Shown here one piece after another: positions 36,167 through 48,287 of a DNA stretch of 64,000 nt; position 1 is the first letter of the stretch, and every line of letters starts with the position of its first letter. The DNA comes from Macrostomum hystrix (Eukaryota; Animalia; Platyhelminthes). Position numbers and translations under genes: made by a program. Under the pieces are notes generated by a model. It was not told the DNA's origin. It did no database searches and worked only from the letters and a program-made list of their open reading frames with translations. Location: contig CATNEN010000007.1 in assembly GCA_950097015.1 (NCBI GenBank), forward strand, positions 9,176,001 to 9,240,000. Reading direction: 5' to 3'.

Positions 36167-37977
36167 GTTATGATTATTAATACTATACTTTAGACTGTCT
36201 TGTGGAGGCTCAGTCAGCTATATTTTCTTTCAGTGCTGGCAGATCCCAGATTGTTGAAGTTAAAAATTGGCATGGGGATAAGTAGGAAACTTATTCAGTT
36301 TCTATGCTACTTATATTCTAAAAAGTTCGGTTTTACATTTTATAGACAATACAGACAACACAAATAGTCTAACAACAAATATGTGCCCAATTTCCCTTAT
36401 AAAAGTGCATAATGAGTAAACCAAACGAAACAGACTCTCCATATATCAACTTTATCGATAAATGCTTCCAGGAATTTGTGAATATTTGCTCATAAAATAC
36501 ATAGTTCTGCAATGTAGTATGTTGTGCCTCTAAAAAATAAAACGCTTCGTAGAGACAAAAAGGAGAGAATAATTTAGTCCTCAAATCTAATCAGTATTTT
36601 GTTTAATTGTATGGTTTCGTTAAGTGCATTTATTGAAGGTTTTGCACTCGAGCTTCAGAAAAAAGCATTAAACACGTTTGTACCGATTATGTAATAATGA
36701 TTTCATATGCATCAAGATCTTCATAATTGAGTTGAGTACCCATGTACATGGACAAACGTTGGAGCACAAACAATCTGAATACGATTGACAAATCCAACAG
36801 CCGTTGTATATATTGTCACCATAAATTGTCGCTGAATTTATCGTGCTTGATTAACTTTTTTTCTCGTCACTCAAAATAAAAAAAATTAGGGAAAATATTT
36901 AAACGGCGCAAATTTTCTGCCTGGACAGCTCTAAATTAAAGTAAAATGACGACGATACGGTATATTCGCGTGTGGTTTCTTTTTATGTCCATGTTCTACA
37001 ATTCAGCTCCTATATGCCTATAAGATAAGTACTATATGTACTTGTCAAGGTCTAGCGTATTGTTCTTGGAGCTATTCCGGTAACCACTGCGTATACTTCC
37101 TGATGCCTTCCGAGTGATGCACTGTACAATTAGATAATCACTAGCTGTGTAACTATATTCAGCGGTTATGTTCGAAGACAAATAAGTTGGATGAAATTTT
37201 AGAGTGAGTTTTAGAGCTGTCTGCTTAGTGCTAAAAAGTTATGTCGTAACTCGAATGGAGCGCTGCCGCTCTGGGCGCGCTTCACATTGATATTTATAAT
37301 TTGCTAGGTTTCCACGTTTTTTAGTTGCCAGGTCAGTTTTGACAATGGAATCCAGGGGTCGCAGCCCCATAGGTTTGACATAAATTACATTTGTTAGATA
37401 GGGGCCTACGTTGCCTCGTAGAGCTACCTCAAATTTGGGGAGAGCCGGTTAACGTATTGGTTGCGTTGGAGCGTGTTGAGGTGGATTTTAATGGTCGCTC
37501 TTAAATAGGTTAATTCTCTGTCTTTTAATTGTTCTTCGCTGACATCATTCAACCCCCGGGTCTGCTCGGTTGTCCTGCTCCCTCGGAGGTTTGCCGCCAT
37601 TCTTCTCCTTCGGGTCAGGTTGGCCTCGTGGCTCGGGCTCGTGTTGACCTCGCCTGCCATTGTCCGTAGGTCTTGTCTTTGCCTTTCGGTTGCGCTCTGT
37701 GGGAGATACTTAACAGTTGTACTACAATGGCCGTTGGTGACAAGGAGTCTGGAGGCATCTCATAAGCAAGGTCTGGAGACAGCTTGCAGTTGTGGAGGCT
37801 GCAATTTTCGATACAAGTCTGGAAGCGACTTGGCTGCTTGACAACCGCTTTTGAACAGGTTCGGAGGCAGATAAGCGGTTAATCTATTGGCGACTTTCCC
37901 AGAAGTGCTGAAGACAGCTCATTAATTTTTTTAACTTCCACGTATTGTCGTTGAATTGTGTCCATGTTAACATTATA

Positions 37978-38275
37978 AGGAGGAGCATGTTTGTAGCCTA
38001 CTAGTGATTAGAGCGTCGGACTAACGGTGTCCTTCAGCAAGACACTTAACTCTGCATTGCTTCAGTTCACCCAGCTGCTAAATGGGTACCAATATCTGCT
38101 GGGGCTGGGGTAATTAAGGGTGGGTGTAGCGTCCCCCAGTCCATGGACTGAACAGCCGTACGCAGCCTTCAGATGGGCCGCGCAATAGCTGCGGCTGTGC
38201 TGTCGGCTGCAGGTCTGGCCCAATTGGGGCAGGTGCAATCAGTTATTATTATTATTATTTTTATTATTAATATCA
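37978..38275 (+). mobile_element. tRNA-derived CORE-type SINE (B box deleted)
   Basis: A-box-like head; 38027-38090 GTGTCCTTCAGCAAGACACTTAAC...CAGCTGCTAAATGGG resembles the MIR CORE; (TTA)n tail; near-TSD TTAACATT(A/G)TA at 37967 and 38276. Confidence 0.7.
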
Positions 38276-39689
38276 TTAACATTGTACAGTTATTCTACTA
38301 TAGTGGTCCTTCCAGTGGCAACCTAAGGCTAGTTTGCACCGCCTGCAGCTGATGATAGCAAATTCTGAATCTTGTTGACTGGCTGGAACCTCAGCAAGGC
38401 GAAATACAACTAACTGCCCTTTGCAGTCCAACTGAATCTGCTTTTAAATACACCATTATAGCAATTTAATTACTCGTACCAATAAATCACCTGTGCTGTT
38501 TTGTGCCTTCATAACATTTATGTATTTATGAAGGCAAAAGGCTAGACTTCTGAAATAGATATACAAGTATGTATATACTCGCAGCATCGCACGCCATACC
38601 GTTTGCAATTGCGATACTATTGATTGTTCAAGCTGGCTAAGATAGCTTCACGCCTGCCACTTCAGAATTTATTTCTCTTTTCACCTTTGCGAAATCGCCA
38701 TACACAGATGCATTTTTTGAATAGTTATAATTTAATGCAACACTTTATTACGTTTGCATAATCAAAAATAACGGGACGGCCTCGGATCAGCGACCCACTA
38801 TCGGAGCCTTGCCTTCATTCATGACATTCTCCTAGAAGTGCCTAGAAAGTGGCTCCCACAGCAGCTTTGCAAGCGCAGAAGCGAGACATTTAGCAAGGGG
38901 AAATTGATAATGATCACACGATCATGCCGCACTGTGGGCACACCTACGGCTGCACGATGGTCACAGATTTAGTTAAAAAATAGTTGCGATTTGGTTGACT
39001 CTGCATGAAGGAGGGAAGCTACATTCCACGCATGATTCTGCCAGGCTTTCATTTAATCCACGGATTAGAAAGAGATCATTCGGGTGGTAGCGAAGTGCTT
39101 GAAATGCATTTCAATGAGACGCAGGGATGATACGCTCGTAGATCAAGGTAAGTGCAATGGAAGAGCTGGCTAGAAAGCCAGGCTTGGCTGAATTCTTACT
39201 TACTACATTGATGGCTGGTCGATTGCTCGTGGTTCTCGAGCAAAAATGGGATCGAAACACACGGACTCGGCTAAGCTGGAGGCTGGAATTGTAAGGTGGT
39301 TTTTGGAGAATTTGTGGATCACTTAGCAATCTAAATTCGTAAATGGGTACTCAGAATGTGATTCGCTGAGGCCCAGTCACGTGCTAGTAGATAAATAATT
39401 TTTCCTCACATTTCTAAAAATAGCAACAAGTCTTACATTCAGTGGCCAATCAAAACTGAAATGCCGGTTTTTAACTTTATGTTGATTTATATGTTCTCTT
39501 TCGTCAGCTGCAATCGATCAGAGAAAGGCAGGCGCGTATGCGCTGCGTGTACTATAATTGATTCACTCTATAATTGATTGAGTCTTTACTACGGTAATAA
39601 TCAGCCTTCCAAATACAAGCTTTGAAATAGTGCATGTATTTGGGTGTGGCCGCATGGCAGAATTTATATTTTTGCATCTATAGAAAAGA

Positions 39690-39719
39690 CTAGCAAGTTT
39701 TGCCCCCCTTCGGGGAGCA
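39690..39719 (-). mobile_element. Helitron-like 3' terminus
   Basis: Minus strand TGCTCCCC-GAA-GGGGGGCA hairpin, 7 nt spacer, CTAG, then T. Confidence 0.35.
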
Positions 39720-39781
39720 GAAATATTTTTAATTCGTCTTCTATATACTTTTTAGCAGCTAAATTTACTGCTTTTTAAAGC

Positions 39782-39938
39782 TACAATGAACCCCCAGTTG
39801 ACAATGATCCCCCAGTTGATGATGATCCCCTAGTTAATGATGATCCCCTAGTTGATAATTATCCCCCAGTTGACAATGATCCCCCAGTTGACAATGAACC
39901 CCCAGTTGACAATGAACCCCCAGTTGACAATGATCCCC
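39782..39938. repeat. 18-bp minisatellite GACAATGATCCCCCAGTT
   Basis: About 8 copies. Confidence 0.88.
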
Positions 39939-42900
39939 CTGCAGATATAGCTGCAGACTGGAGCATTGTCTGCAATCTTCGCAGCTTCTCGTGACACTCT
40001 TGCAAGCCCATGACGCTAATAACAGTTTCCCGATGCATGCTCAGCATTAGCAAACAGCGTTTCACCGATATGAAATTCAAGGCCTTACTATACGAGCTCT
40101 TAGCTAGTTAATTTTGAGAATACCAAAGTGCGATTACCTGCGTAACGTGAAATTAATGTAGCTGAAAGTAGCAAAAAGTCTGGTTTAGTATCCGTTCTCA
40201 GTATCCGTGCTTGCTGAACTCTCTAAAGACATATAATTAGGTCTGCATTTCGGATCAAATCTAATGCGATCTGAGCACATTTGTTGGCGAGCTATTCGGC
40301 ACAGAACATTTCCCTTCGCTTTCGCTAATGGGCCGCCTCTGAGCCATCTTTGGCAGCCACTCGGCACTCCCAGACTGCGTGGCTGGGTACAACCCTATTG
40401 AATATCCCGAGCGACCGAGTCAATAGCAACAGGCCGAATAATCGAGGCTGCAAAACTGAGACGAAAAGCGCCTACCTGAGATTCGCGTCTCTCTTCTGCC
40501 TGCCAAGGGATGAGAAAAAATTGGCATCGACCACCCGTAGCCGCTTTAACGATGTGAGCTGGAGACGTATCGGCGCTTCCCCAGAGCACAGCAGAAGCGG
40601 CATCAAATTCTGATCAGGCCTAGAAGAGGCTCCCCGTGCCCTGGTCGATAATTTGCAAACCGAAACCGTAAGAAAGTGAAGAAAGAGAGAGAGGTGCTGT
40701 GCTGGACCTGGCAGGTAGACGGCTGAAATTAAAAGGTACGCCCATGCGATCGTGGACTAAGCACAGGAAACAGGTAGGATAAGCCTTTTGAATAAATATG
40801 TTCCTGGAAAAGCAAGTTGTTATCGACAACTATCGACAATAGAGCAAACATTTTTCAAATAGAAGCTTCCGAAGTGTTCCCAGGTGTCAGAGACTTTCTG
40901 TACTTACGACTCATATTTCAGCTGTTTCCGCTCTGTCTAACTCTCTTCTTTTTGCTCCATTGAAACTACACAGGTTCTTGGGGAGCTTATCTTCATTCAT
41001 GTGCCGCCAGTTTTCTCACCAGTAATCTACAAGGCTTCCCGAGTATCTCCACCCGGCTTGTCAGTGAAGGTCGGCCCTTTCCTTGCCCGCAACACGTCGG
41101 CGTTCCCTCAGCTGCTCCGCGCGATTCGTAGCTGCTCGGCTGTGCCAAAGTAAGAGGCGGAGAGCGAGAGTTGGTGGGAAAAGATTTAGAAGGAGTGGTT
41201 GGCGGGGAAGCTCCCAATGGCCTAGAATTAGGCGCACTGGTAGGGCAAGGGCAGGAAGCGAGTTTTCCCGTCACACGACACCTCGCTTGAATCTCTTGGC
41301 TACAACCAGCCATTAAACTGCGCACGGCCCAACTCACGCGCGCGCTCACTATCTCCTCTCTTATTCCCCAAGGCACAGAAAGCCTCCGACTGAGTCAACA
41401 TCGGGTCCCCTAAGAAGCAGCGAGGAAAGAGACAGGTGGGAGAGGAGACACGGAATCGGTTAGAGTTGAGCCTGATACAGGAAGTACTGCAGCAGAGACG
41501 AAAGCCTTGAGGAAAGAGGGCGAAAAAATTGGGAATGATGGGATGACAAGAATGCAACGACCTGCAACGCTTGAAACCTAGAGAAATTGGGAGATTGAGA
41601 AGGACTTGGAAATGTTTCATAGTGCCGAAGGAATGTGTGACATTTTCAACGATAAAGCGTCACTTAAAGTGTCTTGGATAACAATTAGTTACTGTAATGG
41701 TGCTAGGTAAATTGCAATTGCAGTTCAAGCAGCCAAGGACGGAAGCGACTACAATCGAGACGAACACAAAAAAGAGAATTAACAAAGTGAAAAGCCAAAC
41801 GCTTGTTTGCAATTTGTGAAGAAAAATAACTGCAGATCCTTCGATCGGCAGCGAGAACACCGAATTGACTTTTATAGAAATATCTTTTTTTGACAATTTG
41901 ACGACCTGTAACTCTTTGGAAAGCGTGCGGGAAGGCGCCTGAAGCGGCAGGCGAGCTGGCACCTGACGCGCCAATTCAAACTACCTATCGGCTCTTGGCC
42001 CCTGCAGGCTAGACCAGCCTCTCTCGCTGGCTGGCCCACAGGCCAATAGGAAATATCGGAGCAAGAACATTTTACGGGGAGCATTCAGGGCACCCTGGCA
42101 AGCCTGTATTAAAACTTTTGCGAGGCCTACCTTCCTTGCTTACTCTTCACACAAGCAGGTGGAGAACAGACTGACTGACGGCAGGGTCAGGGCCATCAAG
42201 CGAGGAGTTTCACTTGTCTGCTTCTACACCTGCGGCTAACTGCTAAGGCGAGCACCCTCCGACCTCAGGACTCCAGCCTCCGGGCTCAGCAGAGCGAGCG
42301 ACCCTGAGAAGCGCAATTGTAAGTGTACACCAAACTGCCACTCAGCCCCCCTCACCCGCGCCCTCGGATCGAATGCTCCCGTTGTTATTGGCAACAAGGC
42401 GTCGCTCCTTCTGCTGCTGGAGAGCCTCCTTGGCCTGAATCCCATTGACGGATGGGGAGGCTAGCAGCTCACCTGTGAACATCTTTATGTTTTCACTTTC
42501 TTACCTTGCAGGGCCAGGCGGTTGGGGGTTGGGGTGAGACGCGGGCGATGATGAAGAATTGACAAGATAGCCTAAGAGATGGGGGCAATGCAGATGATTG
42601 CAATAGGGACGCTGCGAGAAAATTGCCCCCTCTCCACTGCCGCCAAGAATTTGAGCACGTCACTGAGGCTTGGCCATAAGTGCATTCAATATTTTCTTGC
42701 TGTAATTGGCGCTGCTGCATGGCGAAATCGCATTGAAAATACCGAACTATCTGCACAGGGAATCCATCTGGGCACGGTGGATCATGGCTGTCATTCGGCT
42801 GCATGCAGCGAGTCGTGAGTTGCCCGATCTCCCAAGCAGTATTTTTGTGTGGCGCCGTTGTGTCGCGTGTCAATCTTTGCTCGTGGTTCTGCAGTGCTCA

Positions 42901-45410
42901 CTATAGACCGATCTCTGTGGACATTGTCCAATGGGATATGAGAAAATTAGTGATTTTGTCATTTCTCCTGTCCATCCGCTATTAGCAAACGGGTACAATG
43001 GGTGACTGCGGCGCATTGGGCTTGACTAGACTGCAGAGTCACTTCGAGGTGCGATGGGGCCCACAAAGTAAGCACTGGAGCGCGCCAAACGCTGCGGTTG
43101 ATCAGTAGCCTGCCAGCTTGTTTGCGTGCCTCATCACTTCGCCCTGGCGCCTGCCCCCATCACGGCCAGCCACCCATTCTCACCGAGCTCTCAGCTGCTG
43201 CTGCCTTTGTCGCTGCAGTGTCACATTGAAAAGAACTGTACCACTGTGAATTCAGAATGAGAGGCTTTGAGAGAGCTGGGGCCAGACACTCCTCCCTCCT
43301 GCGGGCGGGGCAACGCGGAGTCTGCCCCTCTAAGTTCAGCCCGGGAATATCCAGCTGAGCCCTGCCGATCCCCTCAGGGAAGAGGGACAGCAGAAGAGAG
43401 AGGGAAGCTGAGGTTGAGGCAGCAGGCAGTGTGTTTTTATACGCTGAGGCAGCTCCGGCAGGGCACTCAAATGAGGCCGAGTGCTAGCGGTGCAGGTTGT
43501 GCCGCCGCTTCCGAGACCTGCCCCGCGCCACGCCCCTCAGCGCAGCCGATGCCGCCCTCCAGCTTTTTTTGTCAGCCTTGGCTGGCTCCGAGTATTTTTT
43601 GTAGGAACGAAATGAGGAGAAGCAATAGTGAGAGGGACAGCTGGCGAGGAACTCCAATCTCGGACTTGCTCAGTGGCTCAGAGAGAAACACAGGCTCAGG
43701 AAAGTGCGACGAAGCGATGAAGGGTGGGTTTCGGGTTTCCAGCCTCCCCTCTCTCCATCATGGCCGGCAATGCCGTTAAATGGGAGCTGTTCCCCCGGAA
43801 CGGAATGGTGGAGAGTTGAAGAAGAAGAATGGAAAGTGCCGCGGCCGTCTGAAAGAGGGTTGGAGGAGCTGCGCGAGTGCGTATCGGGTTGCCGGGCTCC
43901 GGTTCCTTCTCTTGATCCCGGCTGGACCGTGACAAAACAGTATGGAAAACGTTGTAATGAATGAATAAAGCATCGGTGAGAGCGGCTGGCCTAGCTGACA
44001 TGCTCAGCACTGCTTTCAGGTGCCAGACAGCACGATCTGAGGCGCCCAGCTCTCAGTTATGCAGCGCTTTGAAAAATGTCCCCTCTAATGCGGCGCAAAT
44101 CCGGCTCGTTATCGGGGGGGGGGGTGCATCCTGCTCAGAGATGGGAAATGATAACTGTGCTAACAATCAGATTAGCAGCTGCGATGCATCAGATCAGCCC
44201 CATTGTGCTGGCCTGGTGCCGTACGAAAGAGAAAAAAAGACAGACGGGGAGAAAGAAACAAGACAATGACAAGCTGGCGCGATTAACAATCGAAGCCTGC
44301 GCTGCAATTAATCTCAGCGATAGGCAAAAAAGTTCGGACAAAAGAATGGCAGAAAATACATTCAGGATCTCACGTCTATTTTTTTCACGAGCCGCAGGCA
44401 ATGGGAAATGAGAACTGGAGGCTGAAACAAGCGTATTCTCTCTCCCGGGAGCTTGCAGTGAAAAAAAGAGTTTCAAAGAACACAAAGTGGCATGTTTGGC
44501 CCTGGTAAATACTTCACGACGGAGCGCAATGAGAGAGCGCCCCAGATTTTATGCATTGAAATCCCAGCTGGGGACTACCGAGGGAGCCTGGCCACACGCA
44601 CGGCTTCACGGTTGAAAGAAAAAATGCGAAATCCTCAGAGCTGAAGCTCCCCTTATTTGATAATTTGCCCCAGGGAGCGGTGTGGCGCAGGGCAATTGTG
44701 TAATTGCCTGTTTCTTCCTGCCACATCCCCTCCTCCCTTTCCCAGCAGCCGGGGAACTTGGCCGCACTTTTCGCCCTCCGCCAAGCGTCCCGCTCGGTAG
44801 CAACGCCAGCAAGCCCCTTCTCTCCGTCATTGAATATCCGCCTCACACGTCGCTTCGGCCGCGCCAGTTGGGGCAGCCATCTGGAGCGAGTTGCCCTACC
44901 CCCATGGTCCCGCAGAACTTAGCAGCCGGGCATCGATCAGGTGCGCAGAGCAGGACAGACGGAGCTCCGCTAATGCAATTATTATGCCAGGCGGTAGCGG
45001 AGAGAGAAGCGGCACAGCAACAAAGTGTTGAGGCTGGGCGATTAACAACTTAGCTTTTAGGGACACAACTTCGATTAACGGGTGCCGATCGATTGTTGCA
45101 GCATTTGCTCTGGCAACACTCCGCCGCCCGTGCAATTCTTTGTGTAAGGGCAATGCTTTCCAATTAATTGCAAATGCAGAAGAGTGACTGCCGTTGGTTT
45201 GTTCGGTAACGATGCTGAACGAAAGCGGTCCTGTAGTTTAATTTTCAAGGGTCTTTTTAAGCTCGTCTCAAGAATACATTCACACAATTAACTATGCAGC
45301 CGTTGGCCCCAAGCATGGGCTAAGAATGTTTCACATTGTCCAGCAACTTTCCGCTCCCTCAGCCACACAGAGTCGCTGCAGACTGAGCCTGTGAACGTGC
45401 AGCTGCTGCT

Positions 45411-46490
45411 ATGAATGGCGACGGCGTCACAGTTCTGTGGCCGACAGACCCGACGACCCTGCTATCCCTGCTCCCACTGCCTACGGACGGCGCGCTAAGC
45501 AGCGACATCGGCAACTCGAGCCTCAGCTCTGTAATTAAATGCGACCCTTCCCCGTTCATGCAAATGTTCTCCTCTGCGTACTTGGAGGCACACAAGTACC
45601 TGTCTGTGGCTCTGTGCAGCTTTGGCGCTGCCACCAACCTCATCAACATTGCCGTGCTCAGCCAAAGGTCGATGCGCAATCCGACCAACACATTGCTGAC
45701 CGGCCTGGCCCTCTCCGACTGCGTCATGTCAGCCGTTTACCTGCCATTCTGTCTCTACTTCATCATGGGCGGCAGGATCAAGCTGGCCTGCCCGGAGCCC
45801 TACGGCTGGCAGCTGTTCCTGTCAATCCAGTTGAATACGGTAATCCTGGCTCATGCGGTCAGCTCCTGGGTAACAGTTGCCCTGGCCGTATTCAGACTGA
45901 TTTACATTAAACTGCCGGTGCGCAGCAAGCAGCTGTGCACTGTGCGGACCTCCTGCCTGGCCATCGGGCTCTCCCTGCTGGCGTCCATGTGCATGGTGCT
46001 GCTCAACATTGCGGCGCACAATATCAGCCCAGCGGATCCGGCCGATGTTGAAAAAAAACGAGACGTCTGTCGCTTTGGGATGACATCGAACGCCAGCTAC
46101 TATGAATTCCGTATTAGCGACAACACTGTCCTGAAAGACGTGAACTTCTGGGTCATCGGTATTTTTATCAAGTGCCTCCCGGTGCTGCTGCTGACTGTAC
46201 TCAGCGTTCTCCTTATTCGCTCGCTCCGACGGACTGTGCGCAGGCGGCGCACCCTACGGGCCAGCAGTCGGCGCGCTGGTCAGATTGCTTCGTCAAGCGT
46301 ATCTGCAACGGCAGCTCGCGAGGCGCTCGGTTCTTCCACTACAACTGTGGCAACGACAAGCGGCGGCGGTGGCGGCGGTGGCGGCGGTGGCGGCGGTGGC
46401 GGCGGTGGCGGTGATGATGCGCAGTCAAATCGAACCACCAAGCTGCTCATGACAATTATCCTAGTCAGTGTGTTCAGCATTTTGCCGCAG
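45411..46490 (+). CDS. Rhodopsin-family peptide GPCR (DMSR/myosuppressin-receptor-like), exon 1 (TM1-TM6)
   Basis: HKYLSVALCSFGAATNLINIAVL, NPTNTLLTGLALSD, HAVSSWVTVALAVFR, IKCLP, NRTTKLL...LPQ|gtgagt. Confidence 0.88.
46362..46412 (+). repeat. Coding (GGCGGCGGT)n encoding Gly17 in GPCR ICL3
   Basis: Read directly from sequence. Confidence 0.9.
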
Positions 46491-47741
46491 GTGAGTCATC
46501 CACTTTTTGGGGCTGTGTGTAGTAGACAATCGACTCAATGATTTTCAGTCAAGGATCTCTAGACGCATCTAAGAACGAGATTCCCATTCTTCCAACAAGG
46601 AGCGCCAATTACACAGCTGTGAGCAGTCCGCTACTCAGCGGTTTAAGAAATATTTAAGAATTTTCGTGATCCCAGAGCGATGAAGCCAGGCTCAGGAAAT
46701 TGCTACCGAAAAGTACACGGAAACATACGAAGAAAGCTGCGATTTTGTCCCCAGAAACTGCTTAGCTAACAAATTAATGATGCTTCCAGCCGACTTAACA
46801 ACAGCCGACTCAGAGGGCTTTTTATCGCTGCATCAGCACTCGGACTGGGGGATCAGTCACCGAGGAGCATCCCGTAGCGCTCACGAATGATCCTGTGCCG
46901 AAAAGCCATTTCCTCCAACATTGAGAGCTTTTTGCTCCCCTCCCTAAGTCTCCATGTAATTGCTGGTCGAATTGGGCTCTGCGATAATAGACCCGGCAGT
47001 CTGCACTTTTTCGAAGCTCTTCGAAGAGAATAAATAGGCTATTTCTAGGAGGGCCACACCGATTAGCGCCTCTTCCGCCTTTGAGTTAGACTTTCTCTTC
47101 TGCTTTCTCGATCCTTCCGTCGCCGAGCATTTCGATCTTCTGCGTGCTGGGCTCGGCTGAGAAAAACGCACTGCACCTCCGTGATGGTGGCCCGTCTCTC
47201 CGACTGCGTTGACCCAACTCATACCAAGGGCTAACTTGCAGAGCACCTGGCTGTAAAGAAATATGTTTTCTGTTTCTCTGCAGGACACAGAAAACAATGG
47301 TATATTCCCTGCCACATCACACCTGTACTGTTAACAAAATATATATTTAGGCATCAGTATCTTTATCTAACTATCTGATACATTTATTTTTCTTCTCATC
47401 AAAGTCACTCAATTTTTCCGCTATTTTCTGACTCTCAAAAGCAGCATTTCTTGCATCATTGTACCCTGCATTTCTCGAAGCTCTTAAGCCGGCCTGTCAT
47501 TCTGCCCGATTTATTTCCAGTCTTTATTTTCGTTGGTTTTGAGAGCTCTGAGAAAACAGGACAGTCCGGGATATGGACTTGAGCAGTAGAAGAGGTACTA
47601 CCATTGAGTGCATGTTACTTTTACAGCGCTGGGCACAGCGGGTAGAGTCATATCTGAGCTTGAATGCATTATAAAATCTTCGTGCAGCACCCAGCACAAC
47701 TATAGCAACTCGCTCTCTGCACCTCCTGCAATGCCCCTCAG

Positions 47742-48287
47742 GGCGCAGTTTTCCTGGTTCTCGGCTCGCTGTCGTCCCAGAAGGCCAAAATCTGCTTCAC
47801 CAGCCGCTTCTATGACCCGCTGGGCGATCTGTTCGACTTAATGACCCTCTTCAACCACAGCATTAACTTCATTTTCTACTACGGCATGTCCAAGCAGTTC
47901 AGAGCCGCATTCGACCGCCTGGTTCAGCTGACCTTCTGCCGCGGCGCTGGCGACGGCGGCGCTGGCGGAGGCATCGGCGTTGGGGCTGGCGGCGGCGGTG
48001 GTGGCGGCGGCGCTGGCGGGGGTGGCAGAGGACACGGAGGCGACTGGAGGAAGCGGCGGTGGCGGTCCGGACAGATGGACTCAGTCGGATCGTCACTAAG
48101 GTCGACGCTGAGAAGCTCAGCCTCAACGTCGGCCTACGCTTCCGTTCGGGGGTCCCGAAACGGTGGCACAGCGGCTGCTGAGGCGGCGGCCACTTCAAAG
48201 GCTGCGGCTGCGGCTGCTGAGATTGCCGAGGACCCAGAAGCTGGCGGACATGTTCTGGAACCACTGATTGAAGACAGCGCCGTCTGA
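47742..48287 (+). CDS. Peptide GPCR exon 2 (TM7 + C-tail)
   Basis: cctcag|GGC; YDPLGDLFDLMTLFNHSINFIFYYGMSKQFRAAF; TGA TGA stop. Confidence 0.88.
   Translation, partial: GAVFLVLGSLSSQKAKICFTSRFYDPLGDLFDLMTLFNHSINFIFYYGMSKQFRAAFDRLVQLTFCRGAGDGGAGGGIGVGAGGGGGGGGAGGGGRGHGGDWRKRRWRSGQMDSVGSSLRSTLRSSASTSAYASVRGSRNGGTAAAEAAATSKAAAAAAEIAEDPEAGGHVLEPLIEDSAV

Noticed and set aside
37424-45350. Numerous 60-170 aa ORFs between BicD and the GPCR
   Set aside because: No recognisable domains or consistent exon chains; expected by chance in GC-moderate intergenic or 5' UTR-intron DNA
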